Shown here in pieces: positions 35,981 through 45,005 of a DNA stretch of 64,000 nt; positions within the stretch are counted from its first letter, which is position 1; each line of letters starts with the position of its first letter. A program made the translations under genes and the position numbers. Below the pieces are notes generated by a model that was not told the origin of the DNA, did not search any database, and worked only from the letters and a program-made list of their open reading frames with translations. Source of the DNA: an uncultured delta proteobacterium (GTDB lineage: Bacteria > Desulfobacterota > Desulfobacteria > Desulfobacterales > SpSt-501); the NCBI GenBank assembly GCA_963791285.1, contig CAWBSC010000023.1, positions 399,767 to 463,766 of the forward strand, read 5' to 3'.

Positions 35981-37267
35981 TCAGCGCTCCACGATCATGG
36001 CCATGCCCATCCCGCCGCCGATGCACATGCTGATCAGGCCGGTGCGGTAGCCCTTGCGCCGCATGTGGTGCATGGCGGTCACCATCTGCCGGGCCCCGGT
36101 GGCGCCGATCGGGTGCCCGAGCGAAATGCCGCTGCCCACTTCGTTCGGCCGGTCGTTCTTCAGCCCGAGCTCGCGCATGCATCCGATCGCCTGAGCTGCA
36201 AAGGCCTCGTTCAGCTCGATCATATCGATGTCCGAAAGCTGCATCCCGGCCCGCTTCAACGCCTGGCGCACCGCCGGCACCGGCCCCAGGCCCATGTAGG
36301 CAGGGTCGAGCGCACCCGAGGCGAAGGCCTTGACCTTCACGAAGGGGGTCAACCCGAGCGCCTTGGCCTTCTCGGCGCTCATGATCAGGACCGCGGCCGC
36401 GCCGTCGTTGATGCCCGAGGCGTTGCCGGCGGTCACGGTGCCGTCGGCCTTGAAGGCCGGCCGGAGCTTGCCCATCTTCTCAACGGAGGTCTCCATGGGC
36501 CGCTCGTCCGTCTTGACGACGATGTCGCCCTTGCGGTCCTTGATCACCACCGGGACGATTTCCTCGTCGAACCAGCCGGCTCTGATCGCGGCCATGGCGC
36601 GCGTGTGGCTGAGCACCCCGAGCTCGTCCTGTTCGGCGCGCGAGATCCCGTAGAGCGCGGCGATGTTCTCCGCCGTGACCCCCATGTGGTAGCCGTAGAA
36701 GATCTCGTACAGGCCGTCGAACACCATCAGGTCCAGGACCTCGCCCTTGCCGGTGAGCTCCATGCGGTAGCCCCAGCGGGCCTTGGTCATGGCCATCGGG
36801 GCGAGGCTCATGGTCTCCATGCCGCCGGCCACGACCACGTCGGCCTGGCCGGACATGACCGCGGACGCGCCGAGCGCGATGGCTTTGAGCCCGGAGCCGC
36901 AGACCTTGTTGACCGTCATCGCGGGGGTCTCCTTGCAGAGCCCGGCGCGGATCACGGCCTGACGGGCCGGGTTCTGGCCCTGGGCGGCCTGCAGCACGTT
37001 GCCCATGATGACCTCGTCCACCGCCAGCGGAGCGGCCGCGGCGTCCCAGTCGGCCGCCTTCTTCTCCAGATCGATCACCCCCTGGTTCTTGAGCTTGTCC
37101 GGGGCCGCGGCCTGCATGTCGGCGCTCGGAGCCGGCCTGAGGTTGACGCGCTTCAGCGTCTGCTTGATCACCAGCGCCGCCAGGTCGATGGCCGCCACGT
37201 CCTTCAACGCGCCGCCGAACCCGCCGATGGCCGTCCGCGCACCGCTCACGATCACCGCATCTCTCAT
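35981..37267 (-). CDS. Acetyl-CoA C-acetyltransferase (thiolase)
   Basis: 428-aa ORF. MRDAVIVSGARTAIGGFGG, NKVCGSGLKA, GISLGHPIGATGAR, CIGGGMGMA. Confidence 0.9.
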   Translation of the reverse strand: MRDAVIVSGARTAIGGFGGALKDVAAIDLAALVIKQTLKRVNLRPAPSADMQAAAPDKLKNQGVIDLEKKAADWDAAAAPLAVDEVIMGNVLQAAQGQNPARQAVIRAGLCKETPAMTVNKVCGSGLKAIALGASAVMSGQADVVVAGGMETMSLAPMAMTKARWGYRMELTGKGEVLDLMVFDGLYEIFYGYHMGVTAENIAALYGISRAEQDELGVLSHTRAMAAIRAGWFDEEIVPVVIKDRKGDIVVKTDERPMETSVEKMGKLRPAFKADGTVTAGNASGINDGAAAVLIMSAEKAKALGLTPFVKVKAFASGALDPAYMGLGPVPAVRQALKRAGMQLSDIDMIELNEAFAAQAIGCMRELGLKNDRPNEVGSGISLGHPIGATGARQMVTAMHHMRRKGYRTGLISMCIGGGMGMAMIVER

Positions 37268-37351
37268 GTCCGAGCTCCTTCAGTGGTGGGTTGACCGGGC
37301 CGCCGCTCAGCGCCGTTATTCAGCCCGGTTGATTGATCAGAAAAGGTTATT

Positions 37352-38728
37352 TTATAGCAGAGTTGGGTGGACAGGGTCAACCGGTATCACCGGGGGGGAG
37401 GACGTCTTGCCCCTGGACTGGGCGCGCAGTTTGCGCCAGCGTTCCAGCCGCTCCGCGACCGTACGCTCGTAACCCCGGTCGGTCGGATGGTAGAACACCT
37501 CGCCCTGCAACTCGTCGGGCAGGTAGTCCTGCGGCGCAAAGGCGTCCCGGTAGTGGTGGGCGTAGCGGTACCCCTGGCCGTACCCGAGCTCTTTCATGAG
37601 CTTCGTCGGGGCGTTGCGGATGTGCAGCGGGACCGGCAGCGACCCGCCCCGGGTGACGGCATCCTGCGCGCTGCCGTAAGCGGCGTAGATGCTGTTGCTC
37701 TTGGGGGCCGTGGCCAGATAGACGGCGGCCTGCGCCAGCGCGAGCTCGCCTTCGGGGTGCCCGAGGAAGCGAAACGCCTCCATGGCGGCCAGCGTGACCG
37801 CCAAAGCCTGCGGGTCGGCGTTGCCGATGTCCTCGGAGGCAAAGCGGACCATGCGCCGCGCGATGAAGAACGGGTCCTCGCCCGCCGCCAGCATGCGCGC
37901 CATCCAGTACAATGCGGCGTCGGGGTCGCTGCCGCGCAGGCTCTTGTGCAGGGCCGAAATCAGGTTGTAGTGCTCGTCGCCGGACTTGTCGTAGACGAGC
38001 GCCTTCTTCTGGAGCGCCTGCTCCATCAGCTCGCGCGTGATGCACCCGCCCCCGGTCAGCGACGCAGCCACCTCCAGGCTGTTCAGGGCCGAGCGCCCGT
38101 CCCCGTCGGACACCCGCACCAGGAGCTCGAGGGCGTCGGGCGCCAGGGTGAGGCGCAGGGTGCCGAGGCCCCGCTCCGCGTCGTCGAGGGCCTGGCGGAC
38201 GATCGTCGCGAGGTCCTCCTCGGTCAGGCGGTTCAGGGTCACCACGCGGCAACGCGACAGCAGCGGGGCGATGACCTCGAACGAGGGGTTTTCGGTCGTG
38301 GCGCCGATCAGGGTGATCAGGCCGCTTTCGACGTGGTGCAGGAAGGCGTCCTGCTGGGCCTTGTTGAAGCGATGGATTTCGTCCACGAAGAGGACGGTGC
38401 GGCGGCGCTGCAGCTGCTGCTGGCGCCGGGCCTCGTCGATCACGGCCCGGATCTCCTTGACCCCCGAGAGCACGGCGGAGAACTGGAGGAAGTGCGAGCG
38501 GGTCTCGCCGGCGATGATGCGCGCCAGGGTGGTCTTGCCGCACCCCGGCGGCCCCCACAGGATCATCGAAAAAATACGGTCCTGCTCGGCCGCCATGCGG
38601 ACGATCGACCCCTCGCCCACGAGGTGCGGCTGCCCGACGAACTCGGACAGGCGGCGCGGCCGCATGCGTTCGGCCAAGGGCCGTCCGGCCTGGGACTCTT
38701 TTTCGGCGTGGTAGTCGAAGAGGTCCAT
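37352..38728 (-). CDS. rarA: Replication-associated recombination protein A (AAA+ ATPase)
   Basis: 458-aa ORF. MILWGPPGCGKTTLA, LFVDEIHRFNKAQQD, and a C-terminal MgsA domain. Confidence 0.9.
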   Translation of the reverse strand: MDLFDYHAEKESQAGRPLAERMRPRRLSEFVGQPHLVGEGSIVRMAAEQDRIFSMILWGPPGCGKTTLARIIAGETRSHFLQFSAVLSGVKEIRAVIDEARRQQQLQRRRTVLFVDEIHRFNKAQQDAFLHHVESGLITLIGATTENPSFEVIAPLLSRCRVVTLNRLTEEDLATIVRQALDDAERGLGTLRLTLAPDALELLVRVSDGDGRSALNSLEVAASLTGGGCITRELMEQALQKKALVYDKSGDEHYNLISALHKSLRGSDPDAALYWMARMLAAGEDPFFIARRMVRFASEDIGNADPQALAVTLAAMEAFRFLGHPEGELALAQAAVYLATAPKSNSIYAAYGSAQDAVTRGGSLPVPLHIRNAPTKLMKELGYGQGYRYAHHYRDAFAPQDYLPDELQGEVFYHPTDRGYERTVAERLERWRKLRAQSRGKTSSPPVIPVDPVHPTLL

Positions 38729-38762
38729 GACGGACGGCCTTACCGCCAGGGTCAGTGTAAAA

Positions 38763-38831
38763 GGGTTCAGGGTTCAGGAAAGGGAGATGCCCTGATGCTT
38801 GCGTTTCCTACTGAACCTGAACCCCGAACCC
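38763..38831. repeat. Imperfect hairpin whose arms are tandem GGTTCAG heptamers
   Basis: Left arm GGGTTCAGGGTTCAGGAAA. Right arm TTTCCTACTGAACCTGAACCCCGAACCC. Lies in the der-rarA intergenic space. Confidence 0.7.
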
Positions 38832-38866
38832 TCTATACTCCGTTCTGAATCCTGTCTCCTGCCCTC

Positions 38867-40201
38867 TTAGTCCGTTGGGCTCTCGCGCCGCTCCCGCTTC
38901 CGCAGGATCAGCCGGATCGGGGTCTGGTCCAGTCCCGTGTGCTCCCGGAGCTGGTTGAGCAGGTAGCGCTGGTAGGAGAAGTGCACGGCATCCGGGTGGT
39001 TCACGAAGAAGAGCACCGTCGGCGGCTTGGCTGCGGGCTGAGTGACGTAGTAGAATTTCACCGGTCGGCCCCGGTACAGCGGCGGCGGGTTGCGCGCGAG
39101 CGCGTCCTCGAGGATCCGGTTGAGCTGCCCGGTGGCGATGCGCTGAGTGTACTGGCCGTACACCTGGTCCACCACGCTGAAAATGCGCGTCACCCTCCGC
39201 CCGGTAAGGGCCGAGACCGTGATGGCCGGGGCAAAGCTCAGGAACTTGGCCTGATCGCGCAGATCGGCCACCATCCGGTGTTCCACGGCGCCGGCGGTTT
39301 CCGCCAAGTCCCACTTGTTCAACACGAACACGCAGCCGCAGCCGCGGTCGTGGGCGTATCCGGCGATCGTGATGTCCTGCTCGGTGATGCCCTCGCTCGC
39401 GTCCATGACGACCAGGGCGACATCGCAGCGCTCGAGGCCGCGCAGCGCCTTGATCACCGAAAATTTCTCCAGTTTTTCGGACACGCGCCCCTTGCGGCGG
39501 ATCCCGGCCGTGTCGATCAGCCGGTAGGTTCGCCCCCGGCGCTGGTAGAGGCTGTCGATGGCGTCACGCGTGGTCCCCGGCTGGGCGCTGACGACGAGTC
39601 GACGCTCCCCTAAAATGGCGTTGATCAACGAGGATTTGCCCACGTTGGGACGGCCGACCACGGCCAGCCCGACGACGTCGCCCTCCCCTTCCGCCGGCGC
39701 ACCGTCGGGCGGCGCGGGCAGGGCTGCCACCAGGTCGTCCAGGAAATCGTTCATGCCGTAGCGGTGTTCGGCGGAAACCGGGTACAGGGTTTCGAGCCCC
39801 AGGCGGTAAAAATCGGAGAGCTTGCCCTCCTGCTCGGGGCCGTCGATCTTGTTCACGGCCACCATGACCGGTTTGGGCGTTCCCCGCAGCAGGTCGAGCA
39901 TGTCGCGGTCGAACGGCGAAAGCCCTGTTTTTCCGTCCAGCACGAGCACCAGGAGATCGGCCTCTTCGACCGCCTGCACGATCTGGAACCGGATTTCCTC
40001 CGAAAAGGCCTCGCCGTCCACAAAACCGCCGGTGTCGACCACCGTGAACTCGACCTCGTTCCAGCTGGCGCTGCCGTGATGCCGGTCGCGCGTCACGCCG
40101 GGATGGTCGTCCACCAGCGCATCCCGGGAACGCGTGATGCGGTTGAACAGGGTCGATTTGCCCACGTTGGGCCGTCCGACGATGGCGACGATCGGGGTCA
40201 T
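38867..40201 (-). CDS. der: Ribosome-associated GTPase Der (EngA), two G domains plus KH-like domain
   Basis: 444-aa ORF with two GRPNVGKS P-loops (IVGRPNVGKSTLFN, VVGRPNVGKSSLIN). Confidence 0.95.
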   Translation of the reverse strand: MTPIVAIVGRPNVGKSTLFNRITRSRDALVDDHPGVTRDRHHGSASWNEVEFTVVDTGGFVDGEAFSEEIRFQIVQAVEEADLLVLVLDGKTGLSPFDRDMLDLLRGTPKPVMVAVNKIDGPEQEGKLSDFYRLGLETLYPVSAEHRYGMNDFLDDLVAALPAPPDGAPAEGEGDVVGLAVVGRPNVGKSSLINAILGERRLVVSAQPGTTRDAIDSLYQRRGRTYRLIDTAGIRRKGRVSEKLEKFSVIKALRGLERCDVALVVMDASEGITEQDITIAGYAHDRGCGCVFVLNKWDLAETAGAVEHRMVADLRDQAKFLSFAPAITVSALTGRRVTRIFSVVDQVYGQYTQRIATGQLNRILEDALARNPPPLYRGRPVKFYYVTQPAAKPPTVLFFVNHPDAVHFSYQRYLLNQLREHTGLDQTPIRLILRKRERRESPTD

Positions 40202-40417
40202 GTGAAATCCGTCATGGTCTCTTAGATAGGGTTTTCAAGGCTGGTATGTCTAATATGGGCCTCAGCCTTAAAAAGCAAGGGCAAACGATTGCGACGATTG
40301 GGAATCCAACGCCCGCAGCTCTCCTTTGAGGCTGAAGATTGCAATTGACAGGAATTTGAAAAACACCTAAAAAATTTCCGGTATATTCACACCCCGACCG
40401 AATCGGAGGGCAAGACC

Positions 40418-40957
40418 ATGCTGGCTGCGGCGGAAACGATACTGCTGGTGGTCGACGTCCAGGAGAAGCTCTCCCGGGCCATGGCGGGCCGCGAGGAACT
40501 CGTCCTCAAGACCCGGCAGCTCGTGGAAGGCGCCCGCGTGCTGGGGGTCCCGATGGTGTTCAGCGAGCAGAACCCCAAAGGCCTCGGCCCGACCCTGCCC
40601 GAAATCGCGGCGCTGGTGCCCGACTTCCGGCCGGCGGAAAAGACCAGCTTCAGCTGCTGCGGCAGCCCGGACTGCATGCAGCAGCTCCGCCGCAGCGGCC
40701 GCCGCGACGTGGTCGTCGCGGGGATCGAAACCCACGTCTGCGTCTACCAGACGGTGGTCGACCTTCTCGCGGAGGGGTTTCGCGTGGAGGTGGTCGCCGA
40801 CGCCTGCGCCTCGCGCACGGTCGAGAACAAGCAGATCGGACTCGAGCGCTGCCGCCGCGCGGGCGCGGCGGTCACCAGTGTCGAAACCCTCCTGTTCGAG
40901 CTGCTCAAGGCAGCCGAAGGGATGCTGTTCAAGGAAATCCTTAGAATTGTCAAATAG
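40418..40957 (+). CDS. Isochorismatase-family cysteine hydrolase
   Basis: 179-aa ORF. LLVVDVQEKL...VVVAGIETHVCVYQT. Confidence 0.85.
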   Translation: MLAAAETILLVVDVQEKLSRAMAGREELVLKTRQLVEGARVLGVPMVFSEQNPKGLGPTLPEIAALVPDFRPAEKTSFSCCGSPDCMQQLRRSGRRDVVVAGIETHVCVYQTVVDLLAEGFRVEVVADACASRTVENKQIGLERCRRAGAAVTSVETLLFELLKAAEGMLFKEILRIVK

Positions 40958-41038
40958 CCCGTCACGGTACGTGAAGCAGCTTCCCAGAGGTGCCGCCCGA
41001 GCCGCGCGCGCAACTTCAGCGGACCGCAGGAGAACGAG

Positions 41039-42106
41039 ATGACTACCCCACCCCGGGTCCTCGTCATCGGCGCCGGTATCGGCGGCCTCACGGCCGCGAT
41101 CGTCCTGGCGGATCACGGGGTCGAGGTCGACCTGGTTGAACGGGGACCGGCGCCCGGCGGCCACGCGGCTCGACTGGCCTGCAAGGCGACCGACCACTGC
41201 GTCCGGTGCGGCGCCTGCCTAGTGACCGCGGCGATCGAGGTCGCGACGGATCACCCCCGCATCCGCCTGCGCCTCTCCAGCCGCGCGGAGACCGTCCGCG
41301 CGACCGACGCGGGCTTCACGTACCAGGTGGTCTCGGAATCCGCCTCCACGAAGGCTGCGGCCGATGCGGTTCTGATCGCAGCGGGCTTCGACCTGTTCGA
41401 CCCCCGGGACAAGCCTTACGGGTTCGGTCTCTACCCCGATGTCGTCACCAACCTGCAGGTCGAGACCCTGCTGCGCTCGCCCGGCGGAGTGGTCAAGCCG
41501 TCCGACGGAACCCCGCCGGCCCGGGTGGCCTTTCTGCAGTGCGTCGGCAGCCGCGACCGGAAACTCGATCACCTGTGGTGCTCCACATTTTGCTGCGGCG
41601 CTTCGGTGAGGGCCGCCGCGCGCATCCAGGCGGCCCATCCGGAGACCGAAATCACCGTCTTCTATATCGACATCCAGTCGTTCGGCCGGGATTTCGAGGC
41701 GGCCCGGAGCGAATACCGCCGCAGCCTGCGCTTCGTGCGCGGGGTGCCGGCCGAGGCATTCCAGGACGGCACCGCGGGGATCCGCCTGACCTGGCTGGAC
41801 CTGGAATCGCGCCAGGCCAGCGAGGAAACCTTCGACCTGGTGGTCCTGGCCTGCGGCATGGTGCCGGCGGCCGGGCTGGCCGAGCCGGCGGCCGGGTTCG
41901 GCCTGCACCCGGAGGCGACCGGCTTCCTCCCCGCGGCCGGTGCCCCGGGTGTCTTTGCCGCCGGTGCGGTGCGCGGGCCGATGACGATCCCCGAGACCAT
42001 CGCAGATGCGCGCCACGCGGCCGCCCGGCTGCTGTCCCATTTGAAACCAGACGCGGCTGAGCGCCCGGGCCGGTCCGCCGCGACCCGACGGACGATCTTC
42101 CCGTGA
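41039..42106 (+). CDS. HdrA-like FAD-dependent oxidoreductase (thioredoxin-reductase-like domain only)
   Basis: 355-aa ORF. VLVIGAGIGGLTAA dinucleotide fold, CVRCGAC, and the HdrA-type CSTFCCG motif. Confidence 0.75.
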   Translation: MTTPPRVLVIGAGIGGLTAAIVLADHGVEVDLVERGPAPGGHAARLACKATDHCVRCGACLVTAAIEVATDHPRIRLRLSSRAETVRATDAGFTYQVVSESASTKAAADAVLIAAGFDLFDPRDKPYGFGLYPDVVTNLQVETLLRSPGGVVKPSDGTPPARVAFLQCVGSRDRKLDHLWCSTFCCGASVRAAARIQAAHPETEITVFYIDIQSFGRDFEAARSEYRRSLRFVRGVPAEAFQDGTAGIRLTWLDLESRQASEETFDLVVLACGMVPAAGLAEPAAGFGLHPEATGFLPAAGAPGVFAAGAVRGPMTIPETIADARHAAARLLSHLKPDAAERPGRSAATRRTIFP

Positions 42107-42134
42107 CCGCGGCCGAACCGGACGAGGACACGCC

Positions 42135-43685
42135 ATGACCCATCCCGTGTGCATTTTCGGCACCCCGGCCGATTCTCGGGAGATCGTCGACGTCTTCCTG
42201 GAGCAGGGACGGCACGTCCTGCTTGTGCCCGGCCCGGACGCGGAGGCCGCGCTCGCGCGGGAGGGTGGGCGCACGGACGGATTGGAGGTTCTGGCGCCGG
42301 CGCGGCTGCTCGCCTGCGGCGGCCGACCCGGTGAGTTCGATCTGACGTTCACCGCCGCAGATGCGGTGGTGCGGCGCCGGGTGTCGGCGCTCGTGCTCGC
42401 CCACAGGCCGGAACGGCATCCGCATTACGCTTCGTACGGGCTGCGGCCCGCACCCGCCGTCCTGCCGGCTGCGCGTCTCGTCGAAATGGGCTGCCGCCCC
42501 CCGGCCGGCACGGTCTGGAAGGAGGTGGCGATCCTGAACGGGCTGCAATCCGAAAGCTCCCCGCGGGCAACCGGCGCGCTGCTGCAGATCGCCCTGCGGC
42601 TCCGGCGTGAGATGCGCGCCCGCTGTCACGTCTTCACCCGCAACCTCCAGGTCGCCGCCGACGGGCTGGAGGCGCTCGCTTACGACGCGCGCACCGCCGG
42701 GGTGGTGTTCCACAAGTTCACCCACTCCGCCCCGGTCATTCGCCAGGACGAGGACGGCCGGGCGCATTTCGCATTCACGGACGAGATCACGGGGGTCGAG
42801 CTCCGGCTCGCGCCCGATCTCGTGGTCGTCGACGAAGCCTTCGAGCCCCCGGCCGTCGTGCGCGAGCTCGCCCGCACCCTCGAACTGGAGACCGATGCAG
42901 CGGGCTTTCCCCAGGCCGACAACGTCCACCGGCTCCCCGTGTTCACGAACCGCCGGGGGGTGCTGATCGCGGGGGCGGCGCTGCCGTGCGGTGCTGCGGG
43001 GGCCGCGGACGCATCCAATCTGATCCTGGCGCTGCGACCCGAATCGAATCCGACCGCCGCGCAGATCGACCCCGCACGGTGCGTACGCTGCCTCACCTGC
43101 TACCGGGTCTGCCCCTACCGCGCGGTGTCGCTTGTCAATCGGCCCGAGGTGCAGCCGGCCGCCTGCGAGGGGTGCGGGATCTGCCGTGCCGAGTGTCCCC
43201 GCCAGGCCATCCGCATCCCCGGGCTGGAGCCGGCGGATATTCGCGGCCTCATCGCGTCCGAGCGGCCCGCGTCCGGGCGGCGGCCGCGCCTGACGGTGTT
43301 CGCCTGCGCACGCTCCGGCGGGCCGGCCGTGCGCTCGGCCGCGGCCGCCGGGCCGTCGTGGGAGGCGCAGGTCACGGTCGTCGAGGTGCCGTGCGCCGGC
43401 AGCCTGAGCCGGGATTTCATCCACTCGGCCTTCGACCTCGGCGCCGACGGCGTCCTGGTCCTCACCTGCCACGACGAGAACTGCCACTCCCGCACGGGCA
43501 ACCGTCTGGCCCGCTCCCGGGTCGCACAGACCCAGGCCTTTCTGGACGGCTGCGGACTGGCGGGCCGGCTCGTCCTTCGGACGATCGCCGCCAACATGCC
43601 GGCCGAGACCGGCCGCGCCCTGGCGGAGCTTGCGGCGCAGCTGACCGCGACCGAGCCGGGTCCCGTCCCGGGGCCGGCCGACTGA
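42135..43685 (+). CDS. Fusion protein: degenerate HdrA-like domain + 2x[4Fe-4S] ferredoxin domain + MvhD-like domain
   Basis: 516-aa ORF. CVRCLTCYRVCP and CEGCGICRAECP. The C-terminus (VFACARSG...VPCAGSLS...LVLTCHDENCHSRTGN) is MvhD-like. Confidence 0.75.
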   Translation: MTHPVCIFGTPADSREIVDVFLEQGRHVLLVPGPDAEAALAREGGRTDGLEVLAPARLLACGGRPGEFDLTFTAADAVVRRRVSALVLAHRPERHPHYASYGLRPAPAVLPAARLVEMGCRPPAGTVWKEVAILNGLQSESSPRATGALLQIALRLRREMRARCHVFTRNLQVAADGLEALAYDARTAGVVFHKFTHSAPVIRQDEDGRAHFAFTDEITGVELRLAPDLVVVDEAFEPPAVVRELARTLELETDAAGFPQADNVHRLPVFTNRRGVLIAGAALPCGAAGAADASNLILALRPESNPTAAQIDPARCVRCLTCYRVCPYRAVSLVNRPEVQPAACEGCGICRAECPRQAIRIPGLEPADIRGLIASERPASGRRPRLTVFACARSGGPAVRSAAAAGPSWEAQVTVVEVPCAGSLSRDFIHSAFDLGADGVLVLTCHDENCHSRTGNRLARSRVAQTQAFLDGCGLAGRLVLRTIAANMPAETGRALAELAAQLTATEPGPVPGPAD

Positions 43686-43695
43686 AGGATTCCCT

Positions 43696-44913
43696 ATGCC
43701 GAACACAACGGATCCGACCCCCCCGGCGACCGCACGCGAGGTGTCCCACCCTTTCGACCTCGAAGCCTGCATGACCTGCGGCCTGTGCGCGAGCGTCTGC
43801 CCGGTTGCGGGCGTGGACGACTTCGACCCGCGCCTGTTCGTGCGTCTGCTGGCCCTCGGCCTCGAGCAGACGGCCGTCGATGCCCGCTGGCCGTGGATCT
43901 GCACCATGTGCGGCAAGTGCGAACACATCTGCCCCATGCAGGTCCGCATCGCCGACGCCGTGCGCCGGGTGCGCTCGCTGCGCGCGCGGGACCGGGTGCC
44001 GGGCGTCCTGCACAAGGGGCTGCAGGCGGCGCTCGAGACCGGCAACAACCTGCGCCTGCCCCGGGAGGACTTCCTGTTTATCCTGGAGGACGTAGCGTCT
44101 GAAATCCGCGAGGAGAAGGGGTTCGAGACGTTCCAGGTCCGGCCGGACCAACGGGGCGCCCGCGTCCTCACGACGATTCACAACAAGCTCGTCAACACCC
44201 ACACCGAGGACCTGAAGCACTGGTGGAAGATTTTCCACGCAGCGGGGGAACGCTGGACGGTGTCCTCTGAGAACTGGGAGGGGACGAGCTGGGGGTACTT
44301 CACGGGCGACGACGACGCCATGAAGACCATGGCCGGCCGCATCCTCCGGCAGATGGAAGATCTGCAGGTCGAGACTCTGCTCTGGCCCGAGTGAGGGCAC
44401 GCCTACCTCGCGACCCGGTCCGGGTTCGAAGCGCACTTCCCCGAGGCAATGAAGACATACCGCTTTGTGACGGTGTTCGACCTGCTCACGGAGTACATCC
44501 GTCAGGGCCGCATCCGTCTCGACCGCAGCCGCTTCCCGCAGCGGGTCGCCTACCACGACCCGTGCAACTACGGCCGCAAGGCCCAGATGAAATTCGGCCA
44601 CGGGTTCTTCGAGGAGCCGCGCTGGATCCTTGGCCAGTGCGTCGAGGATTGGGTCGACCTCTATCCCAACCGCATGAACCAGACCTGTTGCGGCGGCGGG
44701 GGCGGCGCCCTCACGACCGGCTACAAGGCGGAAGGCCTTTTCTACGGCCGGCGCAAGATGGAGCAGATCCGGGCGACCGGCGCCGCGATGGTCGCCGTCC
44801 CCTGCCACAGCTGCCACGGCCAGCTGGAGCAGGTCAAATCCCATTACGGAATGGCGGATCTGGAGGTCAAATACCTCTGGGAGCTCGTGGCGGACGCCCT
44901 CGTGATCGGCTGA
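43696..44913 (+). CDS. HdrD/GlpC-like (Fe-S)-binding CCG-domain protein with probable selenocysteine at the in-frame TGA 44392-44394
   Basis: ORFs 43696..44394 and 44449..44913 are in the same frame and separated only by one TGA. The read-through codons make sense (LLWPE-U-GHAYLATRSGFEAHFPEAMKTYRF). N-terminus: CMTCGLCASVCP and CTMCGKCEHICP. C-terminus: HDPCNYG...TCCGGGGG...VPCHSCHG (CCG domain). Confidence 0.7.
44409..44434 (+). promoter_or_regulatory. Candidate bacterial SECIS hairpin downstream of the in-frame UGA
   Basis: ACCC (44413-16) pairs with GGGU (44422-25) around an apical GGUCC loop. Flanking GCG/CGC can extend the stem. The loop GU lies about 27 nt after the UGA. Confidence 0.5.
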
Positions 44914-44933
44914 CCCTCTCTGGCCCCATCCCG

Positions 44934-44971
44934 CCGCCTCGGCGCCGCAAGGCGCCGAGGCGGTTTTGTTT
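44934..44971 (+). terminator. Rho-independent terminator of the Hdr-like operon
   Basis: Perfect 13-bp stem CCGCCTCGGCGCC / GGCGCCGAGGCGG with a GCAA loop, followed by TTTTGTTT. Confidence 0.85.
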
Positions 44972-45005
44972 CCGAGCGCAGCGAATCTGTCTTCGGAATT
45001 TCCGA

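Noticed and set aside
35852-38848. 480-aa and 493-aa plus-strand ORFs
   Set aside because: They are antisense to the thiolase and rarA genes. The reasoning is the same as for the other shadow ORFs.
42104-42135. TGA at the end of the HdrA-like gene as a second selenocysteine codon
   Set aside because: The downstream ORF (42135) is in a different frame and has its own start, so this is an ordinary stop.
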